Part shown: positions 20,933 to 33,900 of the stretch, piece after piece
How the letters are laid out: each line of letters starts with the position of its first letter
Position numbering within the stretch: position 1 is the first letter of the stretch
Source of the DNA: Tetramitus jugosus
Lineage: Eukaryota; Protista; Heterolobosea
DNA: 64,000 bases
NCBI GenBank assembly: GCA_937625935.1
Contig: OW569366.1
Location: forward strand, 62,001 to 126,000
Direction of reading: 5' to 3'
Notes under the pieces: model-generated
What the model saw: the letters and a program-made list of their open reading frames with translations, nothing else
What the model was told of the DNA's origin: nothing
Database searches by the model: none
Program-made: the position numbers and the translations under genes

Positions 20933-22978
20933 TTATACAATCTTCAAGTGTAAATCCTTCAATTGTTGATCGTCAACTTCGCTCGGAGCTTGGGACAATG
21001 GCTCATTACCAGTGGCTGTCTTTGGGAATGCCAATACCCTGCGAATATTATCAGAGTGACAGAGCATGGCAATCAATCGATCGAATCCAAGGGCAATACC
21101 ACCATGTGGAGGAGCACCATAAGACAATGCGTCGAGCAAATGTTGGAATCGTTCCTGTGTTCGTTGTTCACCCAACTGCAAAACATTTTGCAGAACGTGT
21201 TTTTGAAGATCAGAGTTGTAAATTCTAATGGAGCCACCGCCGAGTTCAACACCGTTCAGAACAACATCATAATGCAATCCACGAATCTTAATAATGTCTT
21301 CATAGTTGAGTGTATGTTTTCCAGTTTCTGGATCAATAATATACTTCATGTCATCGGGATGAGGCGAAGTGAACGGATGATGCATACTGGAAAGTCCCTG
21401 GGCTGTATCCAAACCGGCTTGACCTCCTTCTTCGGTTTCAAACAATGGAAAATCAACAACCCACATAAAGTTATATTGATGAGGATCGACGTGCAACAGA
21501 CCTTTCTCTTCCAAGTGCTTTTTAGCGATCAGTCTAGCTCTACCCAAGGCATTGAGAGTTTGAGACCAATTGGAACCAAATCCAATCACAACTAAATCTC
21601 CGTCTTCAAGCTTCAATTCTTCTTCCAATTGCTTCTTTTGAGTCTCTGTTAATTTGTCAGCAAATGACTTTGGGAATGGATACTTATTGGCATAAATAGT
21701 ACCCTTGCTCTTTTGCATAGCATCTGATTGTAGCGTAGAGATAGCATCCTTTGAGAATGCTTTTGCAGCATTAGATGCCTTGAAGGCATACAACAAGCCA
21801 TCCTTTTCTTTCATTGCATTGTTAATTGGTGCAATGCCACAATCTTCCTTCTTGAATGTGTCAGTCAAGTTGGAGAACTCCATACCAAATCTTGTATCTG
21901 GTTTATCAGAACCAAATCTCTCCAATGCGTCCTTGTATTTCATGTGAGGGAACGGTGTTGGAATATCTACATTCAAAATATTCTTCCACAACTTTTTCAA
22001 AATACCTTCAATCAGACGATAGATGTCTCTCGTTGTAATAAACGACATTTCCAAATCAATCTGAGTAAACTCTGGTTGTCTATCACCTCTACCAGTCTCA
22101 TCTCTGTAGCATCTAGCAATTTGAAAGTATCGATCTACACCTCCAACCATCAACAATTGCTTGTATTGCTGAGGACTCTGAGTCAACGCATAAAACTTTC
22201 CTCTGTGTCTCGTAGGCACCAAGTACTCTCTGGCTCCTTCTGGTGTGGACTTGAACAACGTAGGAGTCTCAATCTCCAAAAATCCATTCTCATTGGCAAA
22301 GTAATCACGCACGATTCCCAAAGCCTTTGATCTCACCTTCAAATTGTCCAACAATTGAAATCTTCTCATCTCCAAGTAACGATACTTTAGCAAGAGCTCT
22401 TCATCCTGTGCATTGACAAGCTGAAGTGGCAATTGTTTGGCTTCGTTCAACACTCTCATCTCACTCAATTCAATTTCATATTGACCCGTTTTCATTTGAG
22501 AGTTCAAATTGTCTCCTGGCCTCTTGATGACAGTTCCCTTGACAAACACTACACTCTCAACACTCAATGAACTCAACTGATCAAAGATCAAAGACGATGA
22601 TTCATTGTCCTTCTTGTTATAAACAACTTGAATGGTACCAGAACGATCACGCAACACCAGAAAGATCAAATTATGACTCATAAATCTCACATTTTCAACC
22701 CATGCGTTCAATTGAACAGTTGTGTTGACGAGAGAGTCAGATGCAATCTCTGCACAGTAGTGAGATCTTTGTAGCTCCTGTTGGAACGGTTCTTGCTTTG
22801 TCGCATAAAATTTTTGATCGCGGCAGACACGAGCAAAAACCGTAGATGAAAATTTTGGCGCGTGAATGGAGAATGACGGAGAATTGTTGAGAAGAATAGG
22901 AGAGAAAGAGGGCAAGTGAGAAGATCGATTCATCATGGAGCCAGTGAACTGGCGAGCCTTCATGACACGAGATTGCAT
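20933..22978 (-). CDS. DARS2: Mitochondrial (bacterial-type) aspartyl-tRNA synthetase
   Basis: RSHYC, STPEGAREY, YALTQSPQQYKQLLM, FQIARCYRDE..DRQPEFTQID and GAPPHGGIALGFDR motifs; N-terminal presequence. Confidence 0.96.
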   Translation of the reverse strand: MQSRVMKARQFTGSMMNRSSHLPSFSPILLNNSPSFSIHAPKFSSTVFARVCRDQKFYATKQEPFQQELQRSHYCAEIASDSLVNTTVQLNAWVENVRFMSHNLIFLVLRDRSGTIQVVYNKKDNESSSLIFDQLSSLSVESVVFVKGTVIKRPGDNLNSQMKTGQYEIELSEMRVLNEAKQLPLQLVNAQDEELLLKYRYLEMRRFQLLDNLKVRSKALGIVRDYFANENGFLEIETPTLFKSTPEGAREYLVPTRHRGKFYALTQSPQQYKQLLMVGGVDRYFQIARCYRDETGRGDRQPEFTQIDLEMSFITTRDIYRLIEGILKKLWKNILNVDIPTPFPHMKYKDALERFGSDKPDTRFGMEFSNLTDTFKKEDCGIAPINNAMKEKDGLLYAFKASNAAKAFSKDAISTLQSDAMQKSKGTIYANKYPFPKSFADKLTETQKKQLEEELKLEDGDLVVIGFGSNWSQTLNALGRARLIAKKHLEEKGLLHVDPHQYNFMWVVDFPLFETEEGGQAGLDTAQGLSSMHHPFTSPHPDDMKYIIDPETGKHTLNYEDIIKIRGLHYDVVLNGVELGGGSIRIYNSDLQKHVLQNVLQLGEQRTQERFQHLLDALSYGAPPHGGIALGFDRLIAMLCHSDNIRRVLAFPKTATGNEPLSQAPSEVDDQQLKDLHLKIV

Positions 22979-23188
22979 GTTGTTGTTTGTTTTTGTTTGT
23001 TATGTTTGTTGTTCACACGAAAACGAGTTAATTTTTCCATCCAGATATTTTCCCTCTTGCCGCAAAATCCGCACAACAATTTGGTCGATCGCAGAATAAG
23101 AGTCGCAAAAAAAAACAACGAACCTTCAACAACAAAGCTTTTGGTCTCATCATTTTCATCATCACTCATCGACAACAACAACACAACA

Positions 23189-23590
23189 ATGCCAAAGCAA
23201 AAGAGGGAATCATCATCATCTGCGTCACTAGACTCTCTTCCACCTACTTACACTCACTACAGAAATGCAACCATTGGTACATCACTCAATGATGCAATGG
23301 ATGATTTGATTCAAAAAAATATGATGACCGAAGAGTTGAAATCATCAGTCATGGCACAATTTGATAAATCGATATCTGATGTGTTGAGAAATAGAGTGAA
23401 AACAAAGGCTTCTTTCAAGGGAAATTGTGATACGTTTCGTTTTGTTGACAATGTCTATATGTTTGAGTTGAAAAATGCCACGTTTACAATTGAGAATGAT
23501 CAAGTGACTTGCACGCAGGGAGTAAAGATTTTGGCATGTGATTCCAAACCAAATGTCGTCACCAAGGGCAAAGGAAAGAACAAGAAGTAA
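23189..23590 (+). CDS. TOA2: TFIIA gamma (small) subunit
   Basis: HYRNATIGTSL..V.AQFDKS..TFRFVDNVY.F..VKILACD. Confidence 0.92.
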   Translation: MPKQKRESSSSASLDSLPPTYTHYRNATIGTSLNDAMDDLIQKNMMTEELKSSVMAQFDKSISDVLRNRVKTKASFKGNCDTFRFVDNVYMFELKNATFTIENDQVTCTQGVKILACDSKPNVVTKGKGKNKK

Positions 23591-23926
23591 ATTCCATTTG
23601 CGACCACAAAGAAAGCAATTTGCAACACAAAGAAATTTGCTCTTTAGATTCCAAAAAAAATTGAAGGAAGAACACCACACAATCGACGCAGTGTGGTGTA
23701 ATAATAATAAGACAGAGGATGGTAGTCATGTGTTTAAAAACAAGATGATAACAAGTGTGGTGAGTGAGCACCCAATGTTGTCAAAGTTGAGCTCTGGTTT
23801 TGAGCTCAAACCAGCAACCTGACCTCAGTAAAATACATTATCCCGATTTTTCTCCCGCCATTTTTTCCCTCTCTTTTTCGCTTCCTTTTGTTGCTTGAAG
23901 AAGAATAAACAAAGCACACAGAGCAA

Positions 23927-24631
23927 ATGGACGAAAGAGAACGATTACTCGCAGAGTTGGACAATAGCAACACTCACTCCCAACGCAGTCAACACAACTT
24001 TACACATACCACCCATGGCAAACAAGACTACAACATAATCGTTCAACAATTCATGAACGAAACCATGTCACCAGAGATTCTGCCATATGAGACAGTAGCT
24101 GTACAACGATTGAACCAAGCACTTCTCACTCAAGAAGAACAAGTGATTGAGTTTGAAAGTGATCATTTTGTTAAGAATTTGCTCCAGATTGAGTTTGATC
24201 GGATTCGATTTGCACTCTGTTCCTACATGAGAGCCAGATTGATCAAGATTGAGAGATATGCACGACATGTAGTTGAATCAGGTGATAATAGTGATGATAG
24301 TGATGGTGGTGAATCATTATTGAGTCGATTAAGTGCCGGAGAGCGTCATTTTTGTACTCGTTTTGCCAAATTGGAGCGTGAGGCTCTGGAACGGGGCAAT
24401 TTTCTCAAGAATTTGGATCAGTCATTGATGGAGGGAGACCAGCCGGCAGTCAATCGGCCCAACATGGAACAATTTGTATTTTGTCAAGTGTTGTCAGACA
24501 TTGGAAGAGTTCAGTTCGATGATGACGATGACGAGGGAGGAGCAGTGAGCTTGTCCAAGGGTGACACTTATATTCTGTCCTATGACATGATTAAGAGATA
24601 TGTCCAGGATGGAAGAATAAAATTAATTTAA
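23927..24631 (+). CDS. GINS4: GINS complex subunit Sld5
   Basis: NETMSPEILPY, EFDRIRFAL.SYMRARL.KIE, P....VFCQV, and a terminal G.IKLI. Confidence 0.92.
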   Translation: MDERERLLAELDNSNTHSQRSQHNFTHTTHGKQDYNIIVQQFMNETMSPEILPYETVAVQRLNQALLTQEEQVIEFESDHFVKNLLQIEFDRIRFALCSYMRARLIKIERYARHVVESGDNSDDSDGGESLLSRLSAGERHFCTRFAKLEREALERGNFLKNLDQSLMEGDQPAVNRPNMEQFVFCQVLSDIGRVQFDDDDDEGGAVSLSKGDTYILSYDMIKRYVQDGRIKLI

Positions 24632-24824
24632 CATGAGACATAAGTTCCCAAAATGCCAATTTTTCGGCGGAGCGGATTTTTTGGTTCAACTCCGTCTGGC
24701 CCTCAAACGTCATAGAGTCGTTTAAAATGGATGTCAAACCATGGGAACAGTAGGAACAAGCTCAAAAAAACACGAATAACCAATTACCATTCACACGTGA
24801 TTATAGAGCACTAGTAGGTTGACG

Positions 24825-27800
24825 ATGGATCACGCCATCTCCCCCAATAGTATACTTCACCATCACCATCATCAACCGACTCTCTCATCATCTTCCTCAT
24901 CATCGTCATCTTCGTCATCCTTGTCATCAACCAAAAAATCGAACAATTCAATCCGAGCAACTATAAAGACTATCGAACAGGATTCTAGTGGAATCGTAAG
25001 TACTACATACATACACTTCACATATTATCTTGTTATCAGTTGATTTAACATTTAGTTTGTTTGTTTGTTTGTTTTGTGAATGAATGAATGAAATTGGATG
25101 GCGATGATCAATGAATCCATAGTTTTATGTTATACATGTGGCGACGATTGTAAACACAAGTACCGGAAAAAAATTAAACAAGTGGACAGTGAGAAGAACA
25201 TTGGACGAGTTTGAACGACTTGAAAAACAGTTGCATGCCATGTTTTTGGATGAACAGATTAGTGTTCCACTCATTAGAATGCCACCCAATGAAGCAGGTG
25301 GTCATCTCCATGGAAAAAGTTCTTCAATAGGGTTTATTGCCGGTAGTTCTACACCAATGATTGCTCCGTCCTCTCCCAAGAAGCGATCCTTCAATGGTTC
25401 TTCGTTGCGCACAGTGATTGAGAAGAAGAGTTCGTGTCAAGAGTTTTTAACACTGGTGCTCAATGATCGAAATTTGTCTGGTTTGGCACCTGTGTTGGTG
25501 TTTTTACAAGTGACGTTTACGAATGGTGAGGTGAATATTGTGGCGAATTATGAGAATGAGATGAACAGTTGGCTAGCAATGAGAGTAGAGTGCAGCAGTG
25601 CTCCTTCGCCATCCTTTTTCGCTCATCGCCGTTCTCACTCTCGTGATTCTCTTCTGAGTACATCGTGGCCCTCGTTTGGTAGTAGCAGTAGCAGTAGTAG
25701 CAGTAGCAGCACAAATCTGATGGAGTCCACTACTACGAGTACTATTACATCTCTTCATCATTATCAATCAATTGTCGGACGACGGAGGCGGCAATCAGAG
25801 AGTCAAAGCACGCAGTTCACCTGGGTCAATCTTTTTGTTGTTCTCAAGGAGAATTATTTGCACTGTTTTGAGACTGATTTGAGGAACAAGGGAGTGTTGA
25901 AGTCTGTTCGGTCCATACCCATGTTCCGGACGATAATCACAGAAGTGGGTGAGTCCAATGAGGAGAGAAATATTTTTAATGAGAAATCGCACGTATTTAA
26001 GGTGCAGGTACCTGATTCTTCCGGTGCTATTCATCGCAGTCAAACAACATTTTACTTTTCAGTGTTAGAGGAACATAAGAGTGCTCAACAATTGAAAAAG
26101 CAGTGGATCTCAGTTCTAAAGCATGCATCGAGTCGAAATATGATTCATTGGGATCGGTTATTGTCTAGTGGAAGCAACAAACATACTTCGATTCATATGG
26201 CAGGTTGGTTAACAAAGCTGGGAGAGCGAGTACATAATTGGAAGAGAAGATTCTTTATTTTGGATCGAACAAGTGTCTCTTATTTTAAGAATGAGGGGGC
26301 AATCGCTCCATTAGGCGAGTTTTGTGTGAGTGGTTGTTCGGTTCGATTGCTGTCGGATAGAGTTTCTAGTTCGACCATTCAGAAGACGAATGTGATATGT
26401 GTTGATACGTATGTATGATGATATTTTAGGCATGAGTAACATTGATGATAACAATTCTTATTTTGATATTGATGTCAAATATTTTGCATGCATGTATCGA
26501 TGAACAAATTATAGACCGAAGCGCAATTGGAAATTTGTTGCAAGTTCCAAGGAGGAAGCATTCCAATGGTATCGTGTTCTTTTCCAGAGTTCTCTGCTCA
26601 TGAACGGAAAGGTTCACTCTGTACATAATACTGAACAATTGTTCATTGCAGTTCGGATGGCAAATGAAGCAGATATAATCACAGTCGAACCAGGTGACTA
26701 CAATATATTCAATCTAAAGGTATCAAAAAGTTTAATCATCCGGGCTTCAGATCCAAACAACAAACCTGTGTTTTTGGCCATAGGATCAAAACCAATGTTT
26801 CAACTGAGTGCTAGGTGTTTAATCATTCAGAATATTGTAACAAATGCCACAGATGCTCCTTGCTTCCATCTAACGGGAGGAAACACGATCATTTATTCTT
26901 GCCAGATGTGTATGTATTTTGATACTCAACTCATATTGCCATAGAACGGTCAGATTTTCTTACTTCTTCATTTTAGCTTCTCTCAACAATTCAGCTGTTG
27001 TAGTGGATGAAAATGCCCAATTAACAATTGTTTCATGTTCCTTAAGCAAGTGTACAAACAATTGTGCGATTCATGTGGATGGAGGTCTGGCAATAGTTGA
27101 TAGTTGTGATGTATCTGATAATGAAGTTGGTATTCATCTCACTGGAGATGTAAGTTGCGAAGTTGTTAGTTCAACAATTACTAGCAACAATATTGGTATT
27201 AATTGTGAAGCTGTGAGTGGTTCTCGGATTATTGTACAACGATCTAACATTAGTGATAATTTAACATACGGCTTTTTAGCAATGAATCAACATGTCAAAT
27301 CAATGCATATATTTGACAATTATATGCGTGAGAATCATTTGTCTGCTGTAAGAATTGGAGAGTATGTGCATAGCACATCACCACACGGATGCATGATTGA
27401 TAATATTATACTAAACAAAGAGAGCAATATTGAGTCACCAATGAGTAGTCTCATGTCTTATTTCACAGGTGAGAAAGTGTATCGGTTTGATGAGCTGGAT
27501 ATGAATACAATTGTACATATTCTACAATTTACTTCGTTCCCATTTGGTCAATGTCTCAGAAGACTTAAAGACATTTGGATACACGGATCTGTCAGTGAGT
27601 ACGATGACTATGAGTCATTAGTCATTAAGAATCTTTATGGTTTCAAACGATCATCGAGATACGATCAATCTCGAAGAATATCCTTGCTCTATCGAACATT
27701 GGACATGTCTATCATAGATAGCGATGTTGATCTATTTGTTTGCTTTCAGAGTGGAATTATACCAACAGTTGGTGTGACATCACTACAATTGAACGAGATA

Positions 27801-29252
27801 TGGATCGACAAGAACGGATTGAAGTTGGTTGACCTCTTGAGGGATAGTCTTTCATCCTTGACAATCAGTTTCTCATCGAATTTAACGAATGAAGATGCTC
27901 GTCGTTTGAAAGAGTGGTTGCGTCGGGCACAGATAGGTCAAACAGTAAATATTGACATAACGGGTCCGATGGAAACAAGCATCCTGGATGGTGCCGAGGG
28001 TATCAGGGTTTTACGACTCAGATGTCTCGAAAACACCAGTGAGGACCTTGAAAATTTGGCTCAATTTATGTCCAAAGGAGGTCAATTCCTTACCACATTA
28101 GAGCTCTCTTATTACCCATTGGGCATAAGGGGTGTATGTTCTGTTATGACCAACATTCATAACTGTCAACGCTTGGCAATTGTTGGTGCTGATATCGAAC
28201 CAGAATACCCTAGTGTTGACGATGACGATTACTATCCATGCATGACTTCCCCGCAGATCATCTCTGCTTTAAATCAGCTCTTAATCAATAATCATGTTCT
28301 GACGCGCATAGACTTACAGGATAATGGCTACCTAGGTGATGAAGCGGTAGAGATTTTAGCACATGCACCAAATTTGAAAATCGTGAACGTGGATGCCTGT
28401 GGATTAACTTCTCGGTCAATGATTGCTATTCTAACGTGGAGTAGATCCATCGAGAAACTAAGTATCGCTGTCAATGAACTTGATGACTCTGCTCTGGATC
28501 GACTATTGCTTGAAAGAAACGCAACATTAAAGGAGCTTGACTTATCTGGGAATAGCTCTATTACTGATGTAGGTTTCAGTAATCTGATGTTTAATCGAAC
28601 GATTGACTCACTTTCAATCAATCGTTGTCCGGAGTATGTTTCTGATGCCACTGTTCAGCAGTTGAGTTGTATGGCCAGTCTGACGGCCATGCACATTTCT
28701 GGCAATGACCTTACGTATTCGGCGCTCTTATGCATTAAGCACTCTAAAATAACCGAGTTGGATGCAAGTTATAATCAGATTACTGATGAGGGCGCAATTG
28801 TACTTGTACAACATCCGTCAATCAGATCTTTAAACCTTGCAAGTAACCAGATTACATGGATTGGTGCGAGAGAGTTGTTTCAGAGCAAAACACTGGAGTG
28901 CTTGGACTTGTCCAACAATGCTGATGTGGATGATTCGGCAATATCTACATTTCGACATTTACAAAAGAATACAGTCTTAAAACATCTGGAACTGGCCAAC
29001 ATTGAAGGTATTTCTTCGTATGATACACTTGATTATGTATTGAACAAGAATCAGTCTTTGGAATACATAAACCTTCGCGGAACAAAGCTGAGTGTAGATG
29101 TCAGCCAAGCATACATGAACAGAGTGAGACTTGACCATCAATCCTCAAACTTACGGTATCTGGGACTGCTGGAAGACGATGATGACAGTGAAGTTCTTGC
29201 ATTCTCTCATCACCAAACAGCTCCAAGTCAAATGTACATCTATTTGCAATAG
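24825..29252 (+). CDS. Multidomain PX-PH-PH-parallel beta-helix-LRR protein; introns 24996-25122, 26409-26514, 26910-26976
   Basis: GT-AG introns join the four ORFs in frame. WTVRR..EF..L (PX); GWLTKLG....NWKRRFF (PH); beta-helix repeats (ISDN..YG); RI-like LRRs. Confidence 0.8.
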
Positions 29253-29519
29253 GATAATGTTCTTTTTATTGAGGACATAAGTTCTAAGACTTCCCAATAA
29301 ATTTGTCACAATAATCTTCCTTTTCCGTCGTTGTTTGCATTGAATTCTACAGAAGTTCCATTCATATTCAGCACCACCAACAATCCATCAGTTCAGCATG
29401 CATTAAAGAATAAGAGTATTAATTCTTCTTCGTCTGACATCCTGTCTCTAATCCAACATTATCAAGAAAATAGCATGTTCTTCCACAGCGCCTGAAGCAA
29501 CAGGGATTTGTGACAAAAG

Positions 29520-29592
29520 TACCGACGACGGGACTCGAACCCGCGACCACTGGATTAGAAGTCCAGTGCTCTTCCAGCTGAGCTACGACGGC
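29520..29592 (-). tRNA. tRNA-Arg(UCU)
   Basis: GCCGTCG TA GCTC AGCTGGAA GAGC A CTGGA CT-TCT-AA TCCAG TGGTC GCGGG TTCGAGT CCCGT CGTCGGT A. A 73-nt cloverleaf with one U:U pair in the acceptor stem and a TTTT terminator. Confidence 0.95.
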
Positions 29593-29643
29593 TTGATATG
29601 GACAAGAACCTCGAATTAATCAAAAAAGTGCATTTAAAAACAC

Positions 29644-30945
29644 ATGGAAACAAACGCAAACATTCCATCCTCAGCTGAGGCTAGGGAGTACTCCCGGGAA
29701 GGGTACGCGGTATGGACAGTACAGAATGTTGGGAGTAGCATCAACAAAAATGAGGTGGTGATCAAAGGTTCACAATGTCATAACACGGCACCAACAATTG
29801 CAAGAATGATTGGTACGAGATACAAGGGTTGGGTCACCAGAGCCCATGTGAGAAGGTGGGAAAAAGGTCAGTTCATTGCTTGGGTCAATGTGAAGGACGA
29901 CAAACTGTATGAGTTTGTTGAAACTTTCAATGATTCAAAACATGAATGCCTATGCCTCCATCAAGAGAGAAGTTGACGCGGAGAAAAAGTTGGTCATCCA
30001 CAAGGTATTGGGAAAGTCAAGGGACTACATAGCCAAACTGGTCGGAGAAGAAAAGGTCAGACATGTTGAGGTCAAGGGCAACACTGCGTTTGTAACCATG
30101 ACTTCTCAGTCTTATGCTCAAGCTGTCATAGGCGATAAGCAAATTTCAGCAGAGATAAGCCCATACATACAAAGAAGCCAAGATCCTGTGAAGCTACTTA
30201 CGAGAAAGTTTCAGAGAACTACTGACACTTTGAAACAACAAATGGAAGAACTAATGAAGAGAGTCAGACAACTGGAGATGGAAATAAGTCTGATAGAGGA
30301 AAAGAAAAGTGGGAAAAAGGCTGCCAAAGCAGTGAAAAGAACTAGTCGCCCAATCCAACCTACTATACTCACTGTCCTTGAATCTGAAGAAAAAGGAGAG
30401 GAAGATGCAACAATGGAAGCTGAAGTTATCACCATAGTGCCTTTGGTTCTCCGCATAACCTTGACAGGGACATGACAGCAAACGGAGAGAATAGCGATGT
30501 GACCATGCTAGTAGAGAACGGTGAGGTAGTTCCACGTCAAGATACAGTCGTGACTCCTACCAATAGCGTGGAAAATCAAACACAGCCACCAAATGTCAGT
30601 GAACCGCCCGATGAACAAAATATGGAAGAACGAAAGAAGCTCTTAATTAGTGCTAGACGAGCTAAGAGGAGAGAGCGTGCTCTCTCGGACAGCCAAGCAC
30701 TCATTTACAACTACGCCGTAATAAGGGAGGACACACCAAGAAAAAAGAATGGCAAGCGTGGAACCAACACAATACTCTCGGAGAACTCGAGGAAGAGAGC
30801 ACTCCTCAAAACTCCCGAAAGGATGGCTCAGATGAAAGATTTGGTACAAGCCAGCAAAGAGGTTGCATCAACAATAGTTAATGTACACGCGACTCACAAG
30901 GATGTAGTGAATCACCCCCAGTTAGACCATACCCCACCATGTTAA
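29644..30945 (+). pseudogene. LINE-A ORF1 (RRM-like + coiled coil), two frameshifts
   Basis: Three overlapping ORFs; VEVKGNTAFVTM is RRM-like; heptad coil. YAVWT..KNEVVI is homologous to LINE-B YVVWT..RDEVVI. Confidence 0.7.
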
Positions 30946-33900
30946 AAGTGATGTGGTACAACATCAATGGCATCAAAGGGAAGGCCAATGATGTCGTAGA
31001 CTTCCTGGAGTCGGAGCAAATAGACGTACTGCTGCTGCAGGAGGCCACAAATATAGATGAATATTGGCTGAAAACAATCAGCAAGAAATTGATGAGGATC
31101 CAGTGCATACTGGTATGTGAGGTCCCCAACAAACATCTGGCTGCAATTATCAGAACCACTACAGTGCCATCGTACGGAGTGATGCACAGTGGGGACAGAC
31201 TACAGGTCCTCAAGATCACTACGGTGAACGAGTCATTTGTTGTTGCAAACCACTACGGCCCGCACAAAAAGGATCGAGAACACTACAAGCTGTTTGGGGA
31301 GACAGTAAGCAAGTTCGCAAATGAGGGTAAATTTCTTTTAGGGGGTGATCATAATGCTGTAACAGTCGCGTCGGACAGGTCACAGAAGCGACTTGATGAA
31401 AACTCTGCATTACTTCTGCAGGCACTGATGGAGAACAACCTACAAGACGTTAATGAGCTGAAAGGTGTAGAAAGGTTTCACACATTCTACAGAAGTGGCA
31501 GCTCGTCAAGGATTGACCATGTGTGGTGCAACAGAGCAGGAGGTGAGGCTATCAACACCATAGAAATGTTTACAAGGAACGGTGTACACAGTGATCACTT
31601 TCTTACAATGATAACACTGAGAACCGATACTCAGCGCTCCCTGAATCACAACAGAACGGTCTATAGATTCCCAAAGAATAAGGAGGACCCAAAGTGGCTT
31701 CGGTACGGGGCGGAGCTCATCAGCGTTCTCGAGAACAACCTGCTAAACACGATTGAGGATGTGGATGAACAATGTAGGATCATCACTTCCTCCATTTTTA
31801 ACCAGGCCAAAGTGTTTGAACATGCCGGTGAGGTGAAAATATGGCGCAATAGTAGAGCCGTCAAACGTTTGTTGAAAAGAAGAGAAGTGCTTGTTAAGTT
31901 CTTGGCAAACCGCGAGTGGACTGGCGAAGTTGAATCAATGTGTGGATGGGACACTATCGACTCTCGGGAGTCAAGGGTATGGTATTCGTTGAAAAAGGTT
32001 AGCGAATCTCTCCACAAAGTAAGAGCCCACAAAGCGAATCAAAAGTTCAGAAAGTGGGAGTGGAAGGCTCGAACGTCAGAATTCTCTGATCCATCATCGT
32101 TCTTCTCGGCCTCTACGGCGAAGAAGAGCTCTAGGGTTCGGCTGTCAAGAGTAAAAGTCGGTGGAATTGAACATATGGATGATGCCACTGTTGGTGAAGT
32201 GGCGGCCGAGTACTTTGAGGGTGCGTTTGCTCCTGCAGTTGCAGACATGACTTACTTAGATGGTCTGAGAAGCAGTGGAAACAGAGATTTGATCCAACAG
32301 GCCTTCACCCCCATCACCACAGAAGAGGTCAGCAAAGCAGTAGGTTGGCTCAGAAATCGTAAGTGCCCTGGGCCAGACGGTATACACAACGAAATGTTGA
32401 AAGTTCCATGCACAAAGAAGAGGGACTACAGATGGGAACTCTCCGACATTTTAGCTGGCTTTTTCAACAACATCACTAAGCAGGGGAAGTTTCCTGCCAT
32501 GTGGAAGGAAGCTACGATTATCTCAGCTTACAAGAAGGGTGACGCTACTAACCCGGCTAACTACAGACCAATATGCCTCCTGAGTACTGTGTCGAAATTG
32601 TACACCAAGTTGATTAATAGAAGAATCTCTGTTGCTGCTGAGACAGGAGGGATTTTCTCTAATGTTCAAGGTGGCGGCAGAAAGTTCCGGGACATTCGGG
32701 AGAAGCTGTCCATAGTAAGAGGAATCATTGACCATGCCAACAGGGAAAACAAGCAACTGTTCCTGCTTTTGACAGACATATCTAAAGCGTTTGATTCGGT
32801 ACCACACAACGCAATCAAGGCAATTTATGAGTTCTTTGAATTCCCTGACAATGTTGTCAGATTGGTGAGTGGAATGGTGGAGAACAATTTTGCTGGTGTT
32901 CTGACGAGAGCTGTCTCAAGAAGGTTCCCTATCGGAAAGGGAACAAGGCAAGGTGACTCTTTATCACCTACCACATACATTCTAGTGCACCAAACGGTGT
33001 TGATGTATGTTGACAGGAAGGTACTAGGTTACCGAGCTATGTCTCAAGGATTGTGGAACGCGGCCTACATCGACGATTGCAATTTGTTCGCCGAATCCAG
33101 GGCAGATATTGAGCGTGCTGCACAGGCGATGTCGGAGGTTCTATCACTACGGATGTCGATGCACCCTGACAAGCTTGAACTGTATGTGCGACAAATGGAG
33201 AAGGACACAGGGTATGACATAGAGGTGGATGGAACAGTTGTTCCCGCGAGAGACAGTTCTCGAGTCTTTCGAGCACTGGGTCTTTTCACCAACCTAAAGG
33301 GGAATACAAAACAACAAATTGAGCAGGCATGGAACAAGTCCCAAAGAGTGGTGACTAGGTTGAAAATGATGAAGCTTACTCCCAGACAGGTGGCAAGAGT
33401 AGTGAACACATGTATTCACCCTATTTTCAAGTATGCATCTGAGTTCACTGATTGGACTGATGGATGGATACTCAAGGTGAACAGACTGGGTAGGATGCTG
33501 GTCAAGCACGGATCGGTAGCAATGAAACGCTTCCCCTCCGAACTGCTCCCGGTCAGCAGTGATCGTGGATCGATCGGTCTGAACGATATAGAAGAAACTA
33601 TCACGACGCAAACCGCCTGGTTTGTCAGTACCATGGTGTCTGGTAAGAGAGATACCGAAGCGAAACAGCTGTTGCTTGACACGCTTGAGGAGATCAAGCA
33701 AAAACAAACATTCCAATCAGAGAATGTATTTCAGTCAAGCAACAGGCTGGAACACGCTAAGCACTCTTACATGAAGTGGTGTGCGCTAAGAATGCACAGA
33801 TACAATATCAAACTAGGGAAGGAACGGGTCTACAACAACTGTGATGACTGCAATATCGCACGATATGTGCCATCAGTTATCCTCAAAAGGCTCTACCTTG

